A stretch of 64,000 bases of DNA from Camelus dromedarius (GCF_036321535.1 NC_087436.1:62436001-62500000); one strand, 5' to 3'; positions 1-13,035 are shown, counted from the stretch's first letter. Numbers and translations: made by a program. Notes: generated by a model from the letters alone, not told the origin.

Positions 1-883
1 TTTCAAAGTGTTTTTTTCCCCCTCTTGAGCCCATTTTTTAAATTAAATATTAATGAAAGGTTGTGTCCAAGGTTAAAACGCCTATGTAATATGTTAGGCA
101 AATTCCTTCAGTGAAAAAACCTCTGTTCACTTTAAGATTAGTCATTCACATGCTCAGCATTAATTAAATAGAAAATATTGTCCCAACTTTGTAAACACAC
201 ACAAACTCACCTTGTCGGTTGATAAATGATTCATTAATCATGGAAAATGGACTGTCTGAATCTTTTTTGTTTGCTTGTTTTTCACTTCTTTTTAAAAATC
301 TTTTAACTTTCATTATAGTGTCTTTATCTTCAGGAAAATTTGTGTTGTAAAATGTGTGTTAGTTTTTAATGGAATTTGTGTTTGAGTTTTTACTTCAAGT
401 TTTTCTACAAAACATATTATTAATATATGTATTTTCCTATATTTAACTTTATCAATTTATTTTTTGAATGCTGTTAAGTTAGACAAGTTTTTCCAAATAG
501 TATGTTTCTTTCACTTTTTGTTTCGATAATCTTTCAAGGTCTTTTGTATTTTAAGTTAAATGCATACTTTTTTAGAAATTATTTTTAACAATCAGTAATT
601 ATTCTAGTCATATTTTATTTTCATAACTGTAGGTTATAACTTATTTTAATATACATCAAGATGAGGTCTGAAGTTGGGGAGATTTGAGATAAAGGATGCT
701 TTGGTCATGTTTATAAATTGAGAAAATACGTAAGAGAAAAAGAGAAACTAAGATACATGAGAGAGGATAAATTATAGGGTAAAGTCTTAAGTGAGGTATT
801 AAAAAATTGTTTGACATAAAAAGAAAAAGAATTTGACTCTTCTATTTTAGACAAGATGTAAGGAGATTAGCATGGTTTTAAGG

Positions 884-917
884 GTGTGTGTATGTATATA
901 TTTATATATATATATAT
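884..917. repeat. (GT)n/(TA)n microsatellite
   Basis: gtgtgtgtatgtatatatttatatatatatatat read directly. Confidence 0.85.
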
Positions 918-2584
918 GGAAATGAAAAAATTGGACTTTAAATTTTATGATATCACTTTCTCTGTAAAGTAGGAGGAGAAGTCATATGTTATTTGTAAAT
1001 AATTGAGAAAACAAGATTACAGAATTATTAAACTACTGTTTTAAAGTGATTTGGGTTTTCAAGAAGTACTGTGGTGTTTCTAGGAAAACAAAATCAATTC
1101 AGTGCATCAAATCTTCTCTTTTGGTCTGAACAAAGTCCAAGTTTGATTGCATATCAGTTGACAAATGCAAAATTGTGCTATGTGATAGTTAACTCTCTCT
1201 GTAATTAGCAAAAGGACTAAAAATCAATATTATACTTGAAACTAACACTGATGTCACAATAGTGGAATAGACTCTATAGGACACTGTAATAAGCCATCAG
1301 GGAATGCTTTACTGATTCTTTGTGTTCACTGGATAAGTAAGAACTTTAGTTCTATAATCAGTGGAGTCAGAGAAGAAAGCAACCCAAACATTACCCTGCT
1401 TAGCTGGAAAAGCATAGAAGGCTGCTTGTGTCATGTTCTGTGCAGAAGTGAAAATTAGTTGCTTTCTCTGTGTTTTGAGAAGGAACTCTACAATGAGGTA
1501 GAGACGAAATCTGAATTTGTCATTAGGAATTGCTTTACATGGTGATGATGATGATGGTGGTTTTAGTCCTTCATATCACTGTGGTTTTGACTAGTTTAAG
1601 TTTATTCAATACTTTCCCAGTTGACAAAACTAAGGATTAGAAGCCTATATTTAAATATATGATAGTTCAGTTAATCCACCTACAAATATTTGTTAACTTC
1701 TTTTGTCCTTGCAATACTGTTAAGCAGTTAAAATGCCAGGCCTGTATGTTATGTCCAAAGTGTAGTGAAAAAATACTGCAACTATTTGAGTTATTTTTTG
1801 ATAAATGGGGATAAATAGAGAGGGTCAAGATCCTTACAGTTATGTAGATTTACTGACATCTAGATTTATCACAGATATTTGAAAAGGAGCAAGAAATGGA
1901 CATTTGAAGCATCATTCACTGAGTACCAGCGAGGAAGAACTTCAGTTCAGAAGATGTAACACAGGTGTCGTGCAGGAACTCTTCCACTAGTATACTCTCT
2001 GCCTTGATAGTCTAAAAATCCCAGACAGTAATTCTTTGCCCACGGCCCTGCTCTATCTTGCTGTTGCCCAAGTAGAGCTTAGCAATCTTCCTGAGTTCTT
2101 CAGTGGCACTACTCTTGTCAGGCTGGCTCTGCTATACTCTCTGGCTGGCTCTGATTTTTCCTAGTTACATGATTCTCCATCTGCTTTCATTTGTGGTGGC
2201 AAAATGGCCCTGCCTATCTCTTACTTTGCATTCTGCCACATTTCTAGTTTTGCTATTGCTTTTTAACTATATTTTAAACATGTAGCATAGTTGATTGAAA
2301 ACTGATGAAATGCCTAGTACTTGTTTAGGTTCTTTGATAGAACAGTTAGTCTTTGCCGTTGACTAAATTGTGCTTTAAACCAAGGTGCAGAAGCTTCTTG
2401 CAATATGTTTCAAGTAACCAAAATGGAAAATCCAAGCAAACTGTTGCCTGTGTTTAGCCTTGTGATTTAAAGACAGCTGGTAAAGATAAGCACTAACATA
2501 AATCTTGTCTGAATTTCCCAAACTGAGAATATGAATCGTGAATTCTTTATTGCTTTTTGTAGATGTTTAACCATAGGTGATGGT

Positions 2585-2685
2585 AATATAGCAGAACAGA
2601 AAGAACAATGAATTTGGATTTAGAGAATCTAGGTTCAGAGTCTTACTTACTTGCTATTTATGTGACCTTGAGAAATAACCTCTGT
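2585..2685 (+). mobile_element. MIR SINE fragment
   Basis: ctaggttcagagtc...cttgctatttatgtgaccttgagaaataacctctg resembles the MIR core CTGGGTTC...GCTGTGTGACCTTGGGCAAGTTACTTAACCTCTC. Confidence 0.6.
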
Positions 2686-2694
2686 TTATGTCCT

Positions 2695-2828
2695 CTCCTT
2701 TAATTTGGAGATGAGGAAACAGCCTCAGAGAAAATTGTAATTTCCGGAAGCTTGCAAAGCTAGAAAGTGCCAGTGATAGAAATTAAATTATGTTTTTTGA
2801 CCTCAAAACCTATGCTCAGTCACCACAC
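2695..2828 (-). mobile_element. MIR SINE fragment
   Basis: agatgaggaaacagcctcagaga... is the reverse complement of the MIR core CTCTGTGCCTCAGTTTCCTCATCT. Confidence 0.7.
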
Positions 2829-3499
2829 AGAGTGCCGAAGCTTTGTTTTTGTTGTTTTAACAATAATGTATTTTTAAGATGATGCTCATTGCTAGAGCTA
2901 GTCTATATTTGAAATTTTATGTGACTTGTGATCAGTTGTTACCTACTACTTAAGACACAGTTTCTCTTTAGGCTGCAGTTAAAGTCTTTGGGTCTTGAAT
3001 AATCTTTCCCTTTCTAGGAATATTTTGTAACTGAATCCACAAGGACCATTTTTCTCCAGTGAAAACAGAATGTATTCTCTTCTCACATAATATTTTCATA
3101 CAGATAGTCCTCATTTTATTTTCCTCCTCTTAAACAATCAATATTCTTTACTTTTTCCAAAGTAATCCTGATCCATAATTAATAACGCATCTTTTGTGTC
3201 AGCTTTTTACCTAAATATTCCCTTTGCCTTCTTGGCTTATCTGAAATCTGATCTTCAGCTGAAGATCCTACTTGGATTGCACCTCCCTCCAGTTGAAGAT
3301 GTAAATTCTCTCATAATGCACGCACTGTATGATATTTACGTTTATTTGAAATACTTCTACTGATCTACACCAAATTTAAAATACTGCAATTCTACTCTCT
3401 TGTAAAACACCCTCTTCTCTGCGAGTTGTGCAACTTACCTGAATCACCCTCACTTTCGCCTTATCCATAAAACTCCTTTATGTATTTTTTATTCTTCAG

Positions 3500-4320
3500 T
3501 GAATTTGGAATATGGTTCATAGTCTTTCTTTCCATGTAAACTCCAACCATCACGAGTGACTTCAAAATCTATATGGAGTTCTCGTAAAAAACGTAGCATC
3601 TGTTTTCTGAACATCTGAAATGCCGTTACTTTTCTTATCTCTACACTTTAGCCAGACTATTGAGCCTACTACTGAGCCTGTCGTTAAAGTGTTCCACCTG
3701 AAAAAAAAAATTACAAACTTAGACGTTTTGTTTTGCTTTATGACCTTAGTTTTCTGTTTTCTCAATTTCTTGCTGATCATATGCCATTACAACTGTACAT
3801 CAAATTAATGTGTATCCCTAGTTTTTTACTTTTATCGTGTTCATAGTTCTGATACACACTCTATTATGTTTTGACTCTTGTCAAAATTCGAAACCCACTT
3901 TCCCTTATTCCTCTTACGACACTGCATAGCAAAACCTTGATCCTGAACTACTTAATTATCTACATTGTCTTGCCCACAGCTGGGCTGAGAATATTTCAAT
4001 TGAGCATATTTGTAACTATAAATCATCAGTAGTCTCAACAAGGTCTTCAATACCGCTAAGACATTACGTTTCTCTGGATGTTTCATTTTCTACTTTCCAC
4101 AAGTATTTCAGTCTCCTTCAACTGTCATCAAACCTCCAATAAGTTATCTTCTTACCATTTCATTCTCAACAAATGATTTCATATACCACTTCACAGAAGA
4201 CAAAAGTCAGCAAATAGATGGAAACCACTTCAGTGTCCAAGATCCATATCACAAATCTGTCAATATTTGTAACTGGTTTTTTTTTCTTTTCTTTCTTTTT
4301 CTTTGCTTTCTGTTAAAAAG
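3500..4320 (+). mobile_element. L2 LINE fragment (decayed ORF2 region)
   Basis: C/T-rich tract with L2-like ctcaacaaatgatttcatataccacttcacagaagacaaaag...gatggaaacc; boundaries approximate. Confidence 0.55.
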
Positions 4321-4324
4321 TGGG

Positions 4325-4428
4325 AGGACTGAAGGAATGTGTAACTTGTCAAAAGTCATACAGTTGTGAACGAACAGGAATTTGAACCTGACCTTCCGGA
4401 GTTCAAAGCCCATTTTCTTACCACTGAA
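4325..4428 (-). mobile_element. MIR SINE fragment
   Basis: gtaacttgtcaaaagtcatacagttg...caggaatttgaacctg...ttcaaagcccattttcttaccact matches the reverse MIR 5' half. Confidence 0.7.
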
Positions 4429-5724
4429 ATATTCTGTGAGTAGGTATAGTATCTTTTATTGATTTTAAGAGTCAATTTTGCTACATAACCCCATCTTCTT
4501 ACTCTTATAGAAACCATGCCATAAGCAATTTTATGTGAATTATAGTGATTATGATAAGTTTAATATTATTTGCATAAAGAGATAGGGAAAACCCATAATT
4601 CATAGTAACATAGAGAATAAAACTCAACTGACATTTTATATGGTCACTAATCCATTAAGGAGGCTGGTTTTGTTTCTTTGACACTCCAAAGCATCTAATA
4701 GGATGTGATTTATTTCTGAAATGCTACAAAATTAATGAAAATACTATTTGTGGGGAAAAATGAGTTTACTTGCATTTGTAATTGGTTTCGCCTGCAGCAG
4801 CTGCTGTGCTTATATCAAGAATATGCCATACTGAAAAATGGAAGGTGGATTTCTGTTGTTTTTCCTTTTCTTTCCCCTTACATTTGTTGTTTATCATTTT
4901 GAAAGAAATGAGGATCATTTTTAATTATTTTATTATACTAGGGAGGGAAGAGTAATAGTGCGCCTGGAAATGCAGCTATGCCCAACTCCCTCAATACCAT
5001 TTAGGTGATTTTCCCAGTCACTTGAGTTTGCTCAGATACTGTTAATTGCAGGAGATCAATCCATCCTAACTATCAGAATCACATGAAAATCAGTTTCAGC
5101 TCTTCCAGAAGGAAGTGAGCCAGGATTTTATTATCCAAATCATTTAGTTGAACACTGGGATACATTCCTCTGATGTATTTTAGACTTAATAGGGTGAGTG
5201 CAAGGATGGATCCTTGAGGTGTACTCTAGGAGTGCTTCCTGCAGATTGTCCTCGCTCCATTATACAATACTCCCTAAGGATGATTATTTAATCAGCTTCA
5301 TGCTTATCCACAAAGGTATATTGAGAGAAATGATTAAATGCTTTTTTCACATTCATCGTATCTATGACATTTCCCCACCCCAAGCAGGAAAAAAAAGTAT
5401 ATAAATATTGAATAATAGAGAATAATACTGAGTGTTTACATTGTGTTTTTAATAAACTAGCATTAGGTAATTTTATTCTGACACTGTATTTGAATGCCCT
5501 CAAAGCAACTGTTTACCAATGCTGTTAGAATCCTACTGGAGTTTGGCATCAAAATTATCAGCTTTAATTCTGCAGTTTTTATTGTCTCTTTCTCCTTTTG
5601 AACATTAGCACTTTGACTGACTCTAGAATGTTTGTGTCTCTCCCATTTTTCATTATTTCTCAAACAGTTGTTCTTTCTCAAATGTGTTTCTGAGCATACA
5701 TTTGCAGGTTCTCCTGTCTCATGG

Positions 5725-5930
5725 AAAGGGTTCAAATTTGGATTCAGAAAACCTGGCTTCCAGTCTTAGGTCCGCTTCTTTACTCATGCAGGTCTTAAGG
5801 CAAGTCAGGTGTGGCATTGCTCTCATCTGTAGAACAGAATTAAGAACACATTCCTCAGACAACTATTTTAATGATTAGAGGAAATAAGGTCCAGGTAATG
5901 GCACAGTATTCCAGACACTCATGTATAGCA
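5725..5930 (+). mobile_element. MIR SINE
   Basis: ttggattcagaaaacctggcttccagtc...ggcaagtca...ctcatctgtagaacagaat. Confidence 0.6.
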
Positions 5931-6419
5931 TATGGGTAATAGTAACTCACTATATACATATAAATGATTTTGTTAATGAGAATCTATTAGTATCCTTGAA
6001 CACCAAATGTCTAGATGAAGTGTGTTGGCCTATTTTATTAGCTGTTGCCTTCATATTGTGTCTCCATTTATCTTGAGCTCAGTTTGCCTTTATTTGATAC
6101 TTAGTTTAATTATTCAGTTTAAAGGTGATTCTCCCTTCCAGCTCCACTCTCTCTGTTGTTGTCAAAGAGAGAAGACACATAGGAACAGATTTTCTCGTTA
6201 ACCTTGCATTAAGCTTTAGGATGAGCTATTATTTGTTCTACCTGATTGAAAAGGATCCTGGAGCCTATTTGTGACTCTTATTTAGTTAGCCCTTCTTTTC
6301 TAATATTTATGCTTGTTAATTTGAAAGTTACCTAAACAGAGTGATTCTAATGCAGCTACACTAGTTTCATTAAAAACCCATGTATGTCCTTTTTAATTAA
6401 AATACTAAGAATTATTGTT

Positions 6420-6730
6420 TTCTTCCATTCAAAAATTGGTTTGTTGTGTGCCTGATATTGGTGATACAGAGATAAAGCATAGCTTTCAGGTGTGTTCAGG
6501 AGATAACCACCTAATGAGAAGGACAGAGAAATAAATGGCTTTTATGATTTAAGACATAGAAGCAGAGAAAAATGACATAGCTCTAATTGGGCAAGTCCGG
6601 ATTGAACTGGTGGAGGGGAGTATTTCTAGAGGATATTGACACCTGAGCTGTGTTTAGGAGGATGAAGAGAAGGGGAATATTTTTAAAATGCGGTGGAGAC
6701 AGCTACAAAAAGGCATGCAAAAGGAAAAAG
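6420..6730 (-). mobile_element. L2 LINE 3' fragment
   Basis: Reverse L2 3' end pattern: ttccattcaaaa...tgtgcctgatattggtgatacagagataa...gacacctgagctgtgtttaggaggatga. Confidence 0.55.
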
Positions 6731-7149
6731 GCTTATGAGTACAGGCAGGAGAGATGGGGTATCAGAAATCCTAGGCTTTTGTCTCCCACCTCCAAGCCTG
6801 CATGTCAGTATTGGCAAGAGTGAAGAGGAAGCTGCAGGCCTCCTTTCATAATACCTTTTATCCCTTTGTGTTCATCATTAAAAGAAGCCTTTGATTCTAA
6901 TGAACATCACTTAATCTTATCTGTCTTCTAGATGTTTTCCTCTTTCTTTAGAATACATGATCAATTATCAAAATACTCTGTGTCTGAGTACTTCCTTAGG
7001 GCTTTCCTTTCACCATCTTGTTCTTACTGAAATCTGTCCCTCCTTTGAGGTCATTGCTGTCCTACATCTTACACGAGTGATGAGTGTTTTATCTTAATAT
7101 ATGTAAATAGTACCTGTCACAGAAATTAACTATGATATCCCCAACTGGG

Positions 7150-8230
7150 ACATGTATTATCAATCATTCCTTCTTGAAACACTTCCTTGCTTTGCTTTCC
7201 CTCAGCCCACTGACTTTATGTCTCAGCCTTCTAAGCTAGTTCCTTTTTGTCTACTCATCCTTTTATTTGAGTGTTTATGTGTCGTCTTAAAATCAGTATG
7301 TCCAAATCCAAGATCCTTATATTTTTTCCCCAACTGTCTTTTCCTATTTCGGTTAATGAAAGCAAATCCCATTCATCAGGTACTTATGTCTAGAATCATT
7401 CTTGACTACAGTTTTACTTTCATACCTCAAAACCAGTGTGTCAGCAAATACTATTTTTTTGTTTTTACTTTCAAAATACATCCAGATCTTGACCATTTTC
7501 ACCTCCTCCACTGCTATTTTTTTGTTTGTTTGTTTTTTGGTCTAAGCCACCATTATCTTTTCTGAACTGTTTTAATATCTTTGTAATGGTTCCCAGGTCC
7601 TCATGTGTTTACCTTTGCCTTTTCTATATTTGAATTAGATCTCAGGGAGTCAGCCAGAGTGATATTTTTCAATGAAAGACAGATCCCATTGGTCTTTTGC
7701 AAAAAACTTTCAAATGGCTTTCCAAGTTATCTGGAGTAAAACCCAAGGCTTTAAATGCCTTGCATGTACAGGCTGTCATTACTCTTCTGAAGTCATTATC
7801 TATTATTCTCTCCCTCGCTCTCTCTGCTTCATCTACAGTGGCTTCTGGGCCATTCTTCAGTCCCTTAGACTTCAAGAGGTTCTCAACCTACGGCTTTGTC
7901 CTTGGTATTCCATTTGCGTAGACCGTCTTTGCTCCACATATCTGAGAGCTCACTTTCTTTCTTCCTTCAGGTCTTTTCCCAGATGTCTTCTCAGTCAGGC
8001 CTAGGACTATCCTTTTAAGACAACAACACCTCTACCTCCCTTCTGTGCTTTATTTCTGTTGTGTTTATCACTGTAACACAATTTATTAATTGGATTTTGT
8101 TTTCATTTTTTGACTAGTAGGTGAGCTCTATGGGGTTATGATTTTTGTCTGCTGTTCAGTTACATCTGTAGTTCCAGAATCTAGAAAGATGCATGACAAT
8201 ACAAGAGATTAAATCAGTAATTATTTCTTA
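7150..8230 (+). mobile_element. L2 (L2a-like) LINE 3' portion
   Basis: L2 motifs ccttcttgaaacactt, ttcaaaatacatccagatcttgacca, cagccagagtgatattttt, tcttccttcaggtct, ending in an L2 3' tail. Confidence 0.8.
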
Positions 8231-8329
8231 AGACAATAAACCACAAAACTATTAAAAATAACTAGGAATAATAAAAGTATATAGTTTACAGAAATTAAGA
8301 AAAACACTTATTAGAGTTAAAATGCAATG

Positions 8330-8715
8330 ACAGATAAAAAATTGCCATACTGCTTGAAGAGCCTTCTTATTTTCCCTTGCAATCATTCTCCCCTGTATCT
8401 TTCCTAAGGGAGACTCTTTTCCTGACATTTAACAATAAAGATTACTTATGCCAGTTTTTCTTAACTTCATAGAAATGGAATCATACAGTCTGTATTTTTA
8501 CATTGCTAACTTTTTTGGCTCAAGAATATGTTATGAGGTACATCATGTTTTTGTGTGTAGCTATAATTTATGTCTTTTATTCTCAGAACAATTCATTCAG
8601 TGAGTATACAACTCTCTGTTCTAATGCTGATGATGAACCTTTGTATGGTTTCCAGCTATTCAAGTATCATTAATATTAATGTTATGGATATTTTTGTACA
8701 TCTCTTTGGTGCCCA
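8330..8715 (-). mobile_element. L1ME-type LINE 3' UTR fragment
   Basis: aacttcatagaaatggaatcatacagt...tgtgtgtagctataattt...ggtttccag is the reverse strand of an old L1M 3' end. Confidence 0.7.
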
Positions 8716-9767
8716 GGTGGTAGGTAGTCTCTGTGAAGGAAACTGAGAAAGGCTTGTAATATACAATCATCTACATTTTTATAATCTATGTGGTAGTTAA
8801 ATTAGTGTCTATAGATTCGTATTATGCTCCGTCTCAACCACAGCAGTTCCCAGTTTCCGGAAGCAGTTGAGGATTCTTTCAACAACTATAGCCTTGGCTA
8901 TCTATATCCATTGCAAAGAGACTAGTTCCTTTTTATCCTTCAAATTTGAGTTAATTCAAGCCTAAGTCTTTATGGGCATCACTATATAGGGAATCCAAAG
9001 AGGTAACAGAACATACAAGGTTATCACCAAACTAATCTCACATACTAAAAGTTAAAATAGGAAAGCAGCCAAACCTCAACATGAGAGCAGCCATCTTCTA
9101 CACAATCATGTTCTCATAGCCAGGAACATTGTGTTGCCAAAGATCATTACAGAAATGTTGTGAAAACTGAGGACAGGAGTGATGGAAAAAATCTTCCTGA
9201 AATACCCTTGGCAGTCCAGTGATCTATGGCAGCTGCTCTGAGTTTATAATATGTGAAATTAAACTCATCTTAAAAATATATATTATCAACAAGTTAATGC
9301 TGGCATTATACAATTTTATATATGTAAGAAAATTTCAACAATGCATACTGTTATCTTTCTAAGAATATCAGTAATTAAAATAGTTCATATTTGTATAGTA
9401 GCTTTGCATATATTTGACAATATGATATAGTAAACAAACAGTGCTTTTACCCATACAGTACTCTGTGTAAGCTTTAATACCATTCTTGAAAGAAAGTGTT
9501 CTTATTTTCATTCAACAGAGGAGAACAGCTCCCATCAGTAGCACGTCCCGCATCCCTACCCCATCCTATATGGTAGAAGGAGGAAGAATCTCAGAAAATT
9601 AAGAGAATGTATGCTACTTGTGAAAAGGCACATGAATTTCTCTGTGAACATTCCTGAATGTAATTATAATTAAGAACAAAAAATTTAGGAACAATAACAT
9701 ATATTAAGTACATGAATATTGATCTCCCTGTAACAGACAAAAATCTTAAGAATCCGAAATAATAATT

Positions 9768-9803
9768 AGTGTTTTTTGGCCTTTTGGCTGAGATCAAGTG
9801 CAG
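9768..9803 (+). pseudogene. 3'-truncated U2 snRNA retropseudogene (U2 nt 1-36)
   Basis: agtgttttttggccttttggctgagatcaagtgcag vs U2 ATCGCTTCTCGGCCTTTTGGCTAAGATCAAGTGTAG: 29/36 identical by hand alignment, mismatches mostly transitions; flanked by aataata direct repeats. Confidence 0.8.
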
Positions 9804-9810
9804 AATAATA

Positions 9811-9997
9811 TTAATTCATTCTTTCATATACTATCCATTCACCCTATATATATATATATATCTATCAATTTCAAATATATATATTTGAAAATCTGTGGTG
9901 TGTCAAGCACTGTTCTGGGTGCTGAAAATATAAAAAGAATAATACAGATAAGATAAAGTTCCTGCCTAATAAAACTTGTAATTAATTGGGAAAGACA
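9811..9997 (-). mobile_element. L2 LINE 3' end with internal (TA)n
   Basis: ttcattctttc...tgtgtcaagcactgttctgggtgctgaaaatata...gttcctgcct...gggaaagacaga. Confidence 0.7.
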
Positions 9998-10499
9998 GAT
10001 AGTTTCAGATAGTGTTGGTTGCATGACAAGCCACTCCAAAATGTCGTGCTTTGAACACACACACAACGTATTTGGCTTACATCTCTTCAAGTTGACAGTT
10101 TGGGTCAGGCCTAGCTGGTTGGAACTTCTGATCTGGACTGCATTCACCTAATCTCAGTTGAGTCTGTTCACCTGTGATGAGCTAGTGGGCTGGATGAGGC
10201 TATGGTTTATGATGGCTTTGATTTATCAAATGGGAATCCCTTTACATGGTCTCTGATCTTCTAGGAGGCTAGCCTGTGATTATTTACATGGCAGCAATGT
10301 TCCAAGAGCAGTAACAGAGCAAAGACCAGTGTTAAAATACTTTCCAAGTCACTGTTTGTCTCGTGTTTGCTACTCTACCATTGGCCCAACAAGCCAAATT
10401 GTCAGCATATACGAATCAGTGTATTAGGGGTTACCTACGTGCTTTAATGCAGGGAAGTGTGAGAAAATGGGATAATGATTATTGCAACAATGTACCATA
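9998..10499 (-). mobile_element. MaLR solo LTR (MLT1G/H-like)
   Basis: acaagccactccaaaatg, tttgggtcaggcctagctgg, ctaggaggctagcctg...tacatggcagc, ccattggccc, ending attgcaacaatgtaccata. Confidence 0.75.
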
Positions 10500-11869
10500 G
10501 GTCATAGGTACATACATACATATACCTTTGAGAAATACCGAACTATTTAAAATAATGACCATTTTTCCCATCTAAAATGACCAAGAATGAACTTGAATTT
10601 ATCAGGGATTTGATTCAGTTTTGCAAAGCACTTTGTTTTGCAGATGTTTTGCAGTTTTGAGGGAGAATAAAGCATATTACTAGAATATTGCATATGTATA
10701 TAAGAAACTGGCTATACAAAGAACATTAAGAATTATTTCTGCTTTCAAGTAGTTAAAATTATCCTGGTAGAGATGCAAACAAATATATTATTACAAAACA
10801 ATATTTTAAGATTATTATAATATAAATAAATAATTATGGTTATCAATTTCACTGGAATTGAGTTTTTCCTGCTATGTAGCAATCCCACCTTTGGTAAAAT
10901 ATAGAAGCTCCTACTCTCTTTCAAAATGAAATGCTCAGATAAAGATGCTATAGGAAATCTTCTATTTTTTAGCTTGTCGTTAACATGAAACAGACACTGC
11001 CGTTGATAGAAGCAGAGCCTATTACAAACGTCATAGACATGTTTCTTACAAGTTTTCTTAACATCTCAAAGATCCCCCGCAGATAAATTATATATGTAAT
11101 AGTATAGAGTGAAAAGAGTTTATTTTCTGTGCTAAGTGAATGGAGGGGCTTCATAATCTTTATGTCTCTGTCACTAGTGAGGGATGTTTCTTTGTCTTTA
11201 TACAGATTAAAATATTCCCATTTTTTCAAGAATAGGTAAGAAATAAAAACAAATACCAGGCATAGAATTCATTTTATTCATATTTACACAACATATTACA
11301 GAAATTGGTAACACTTGGGTAAAGTGGAAAGCCTTTGGTGTAGCATAACCACTAAATTCATGAGTTGTTCTTTGAATCAGCAATGTTGAGAAAATCCCTT
11401 AAGGTTCTAGAGCCTTGTCTTTTTCATTTCAATAATGCAGTTTGTTGAAATAATTAAATATAATAATATATGACCTAGGGAGGTACCAAATAACCTCTTT
11501 AGTTGCCTAGATTACTTTAGAAATTTATACTACATTCAACATATAATTCATTGAATCCAAGCAATTAACATTGAGAATTACAAAATTCTCAAGCGTACAG
11601 TTCCTTCAAGGACCCTGTAGGCTCCTTCAGAGACTCGCAAAGTTTTAATTTATTAACAACATGGAGTAAGGCCAGTTGTTATCTCCTTGAAATCTACTAG
11701 ATTTCATTTACAGGAATATGTGAATGTGAATATTCAGTGAAATAATTATGTGAAGGAAATATGTGCAAAGAAGTTTCTAATTAAGGCTTTGATGTACGTG
11801 TTTTCAAATACAGTAATACATTTAAGTGCTAATTCTTATAGATGACACAACTATTTTCCTATATTTTAA

Positions 11870-12081
11870 GGTATGGTAAAAAGAATACTAAGTTGGGAAT
11901 TAAAATATTTAAGTTTGACACAAGCTTTAGTAATAATCTATGCCATTAGGGACATCACTTGTGCCAAATACTATCACTTGATTTCTTTTCCTCTGAGTGA
12001 CAGTTTTCTTGCTTACAAAGTGAGCAGGTTGAACTAAATGAAATTATAGGTACTTTATACTGTTTCTTTTCTGTGGCTCTA
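11870..12081 (+). mobile_element. MIR3/MIRc-like SINE
   Basis: ggtaaaaagaatactaagttgggaatt...ctctgagtgacagttttcttgcttacaaagtgagcaggttgaactaaatga. Confidence 0.55.
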
Positions 12082-12505
12082 GTATCTTCAGTTTTCTTCT
12101 TAAGAGCAAGAACAATGACCTGTTGTCATCCCTGGCTTTGGAGAAATAATTTGACTGAAATTTGCTTACTCTGGTTAAATTATTAGCCCAGCTCAGATGT
12201 AACCAAATGCATAGAAGGCATGGATAATTGAAGAAGAATTGTAGGCTTGCAATAATTGGTTTTTTGCCCAATATTTTACGTAACAGATGTATAGAACTGG
12301 AAATACATTTCTAGTTTTTTTTTCCCAAAATCTTGAATGTCAGAGGAATTTCCTAACCTTACTTAGTTGTTCATATTCTCTCTTTTTCTCTCTCTTCATT
12401 CATATACTAATTTACTGAGGTTCCAGACCAAGTGTAGGACATGGGTTTCTGTGTAAATATGTGTGAATGTTGTGATTTTTTTGTTGTTGTTACTAAATTA
12501 ACATT

Positions 12506-13035
12506 TGTTACATAGAGCCACTGGTGTGTCAGCTTGTAAGCCAGGGTTCAAAAAAAGACCACAAGGGAAGTGAAATAGAAAAGGTCATTACTTGCTGGAG
12601 GTCTTGGAGGAGGTAAGGGTATCCTTTGAGGGGTCACACAGGGAGGTCAAGGCAGGGTGTAGGCAGAGAGTGAGCAGCAGGACCTGGGGCACGTGCATTT
12701 ATTAGGATCCATAGGTGGAATGCTTTGGGTTCCTGAGCTGAGGCTGGATTGGTCAGTTCAAACCAAAAAGAGCAGGGCTTTGGTAAGCTCCTCAGAGGCT
12801 TAAGGGGTGCATAAGGGAAAGAAGCTGGGAGGCAGAAGAGGTTATTGATCATATGAGGCCTTGGGGAGTCATTTCAGGAACTTACATTTACTTGTGACTG
12901 TGGACTATTACCTTGGACGTGAACTTGATGGAGAAGCTAGTGTCATTGTCAATTTAAGACCCTGTAGGCCTCTTAGCGACACAAAATGGATTCCAAGGCA
13001 ATGATATCTTGGAGCAGTTTAACTAAACTCTCAAC
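12506..13035 (-). mobile_element. ERVL-class solo LTR (MER74/MER88/LTR53-like)
   Basis: GC-richer block starting TGTTAC; ggacctggggcacgtgcatttattaggatcc gives a minus-strand AATAAA at 12698-12703; exact subfamily uncertain. Confidence 0.7.

Noticed and set aside
2585..2828. Adjacent inverted MIR pair as a hairpin/miRNA source
   Set aside because: Arms are too diverged to pair convincingly by eye.
7152..8004. ORFs of 137, 110 and 74 aa
   Set aside because: They lie within a decayed L2; Phe/Leu/Cys-rich translations reflect base composition.
11851..11876. Second AG|GT junction (ttttcctatattttaag|gtatgg)
   Set aside because: AAG acceptor and weaker donor, at a MIR boundary; expected by chance.
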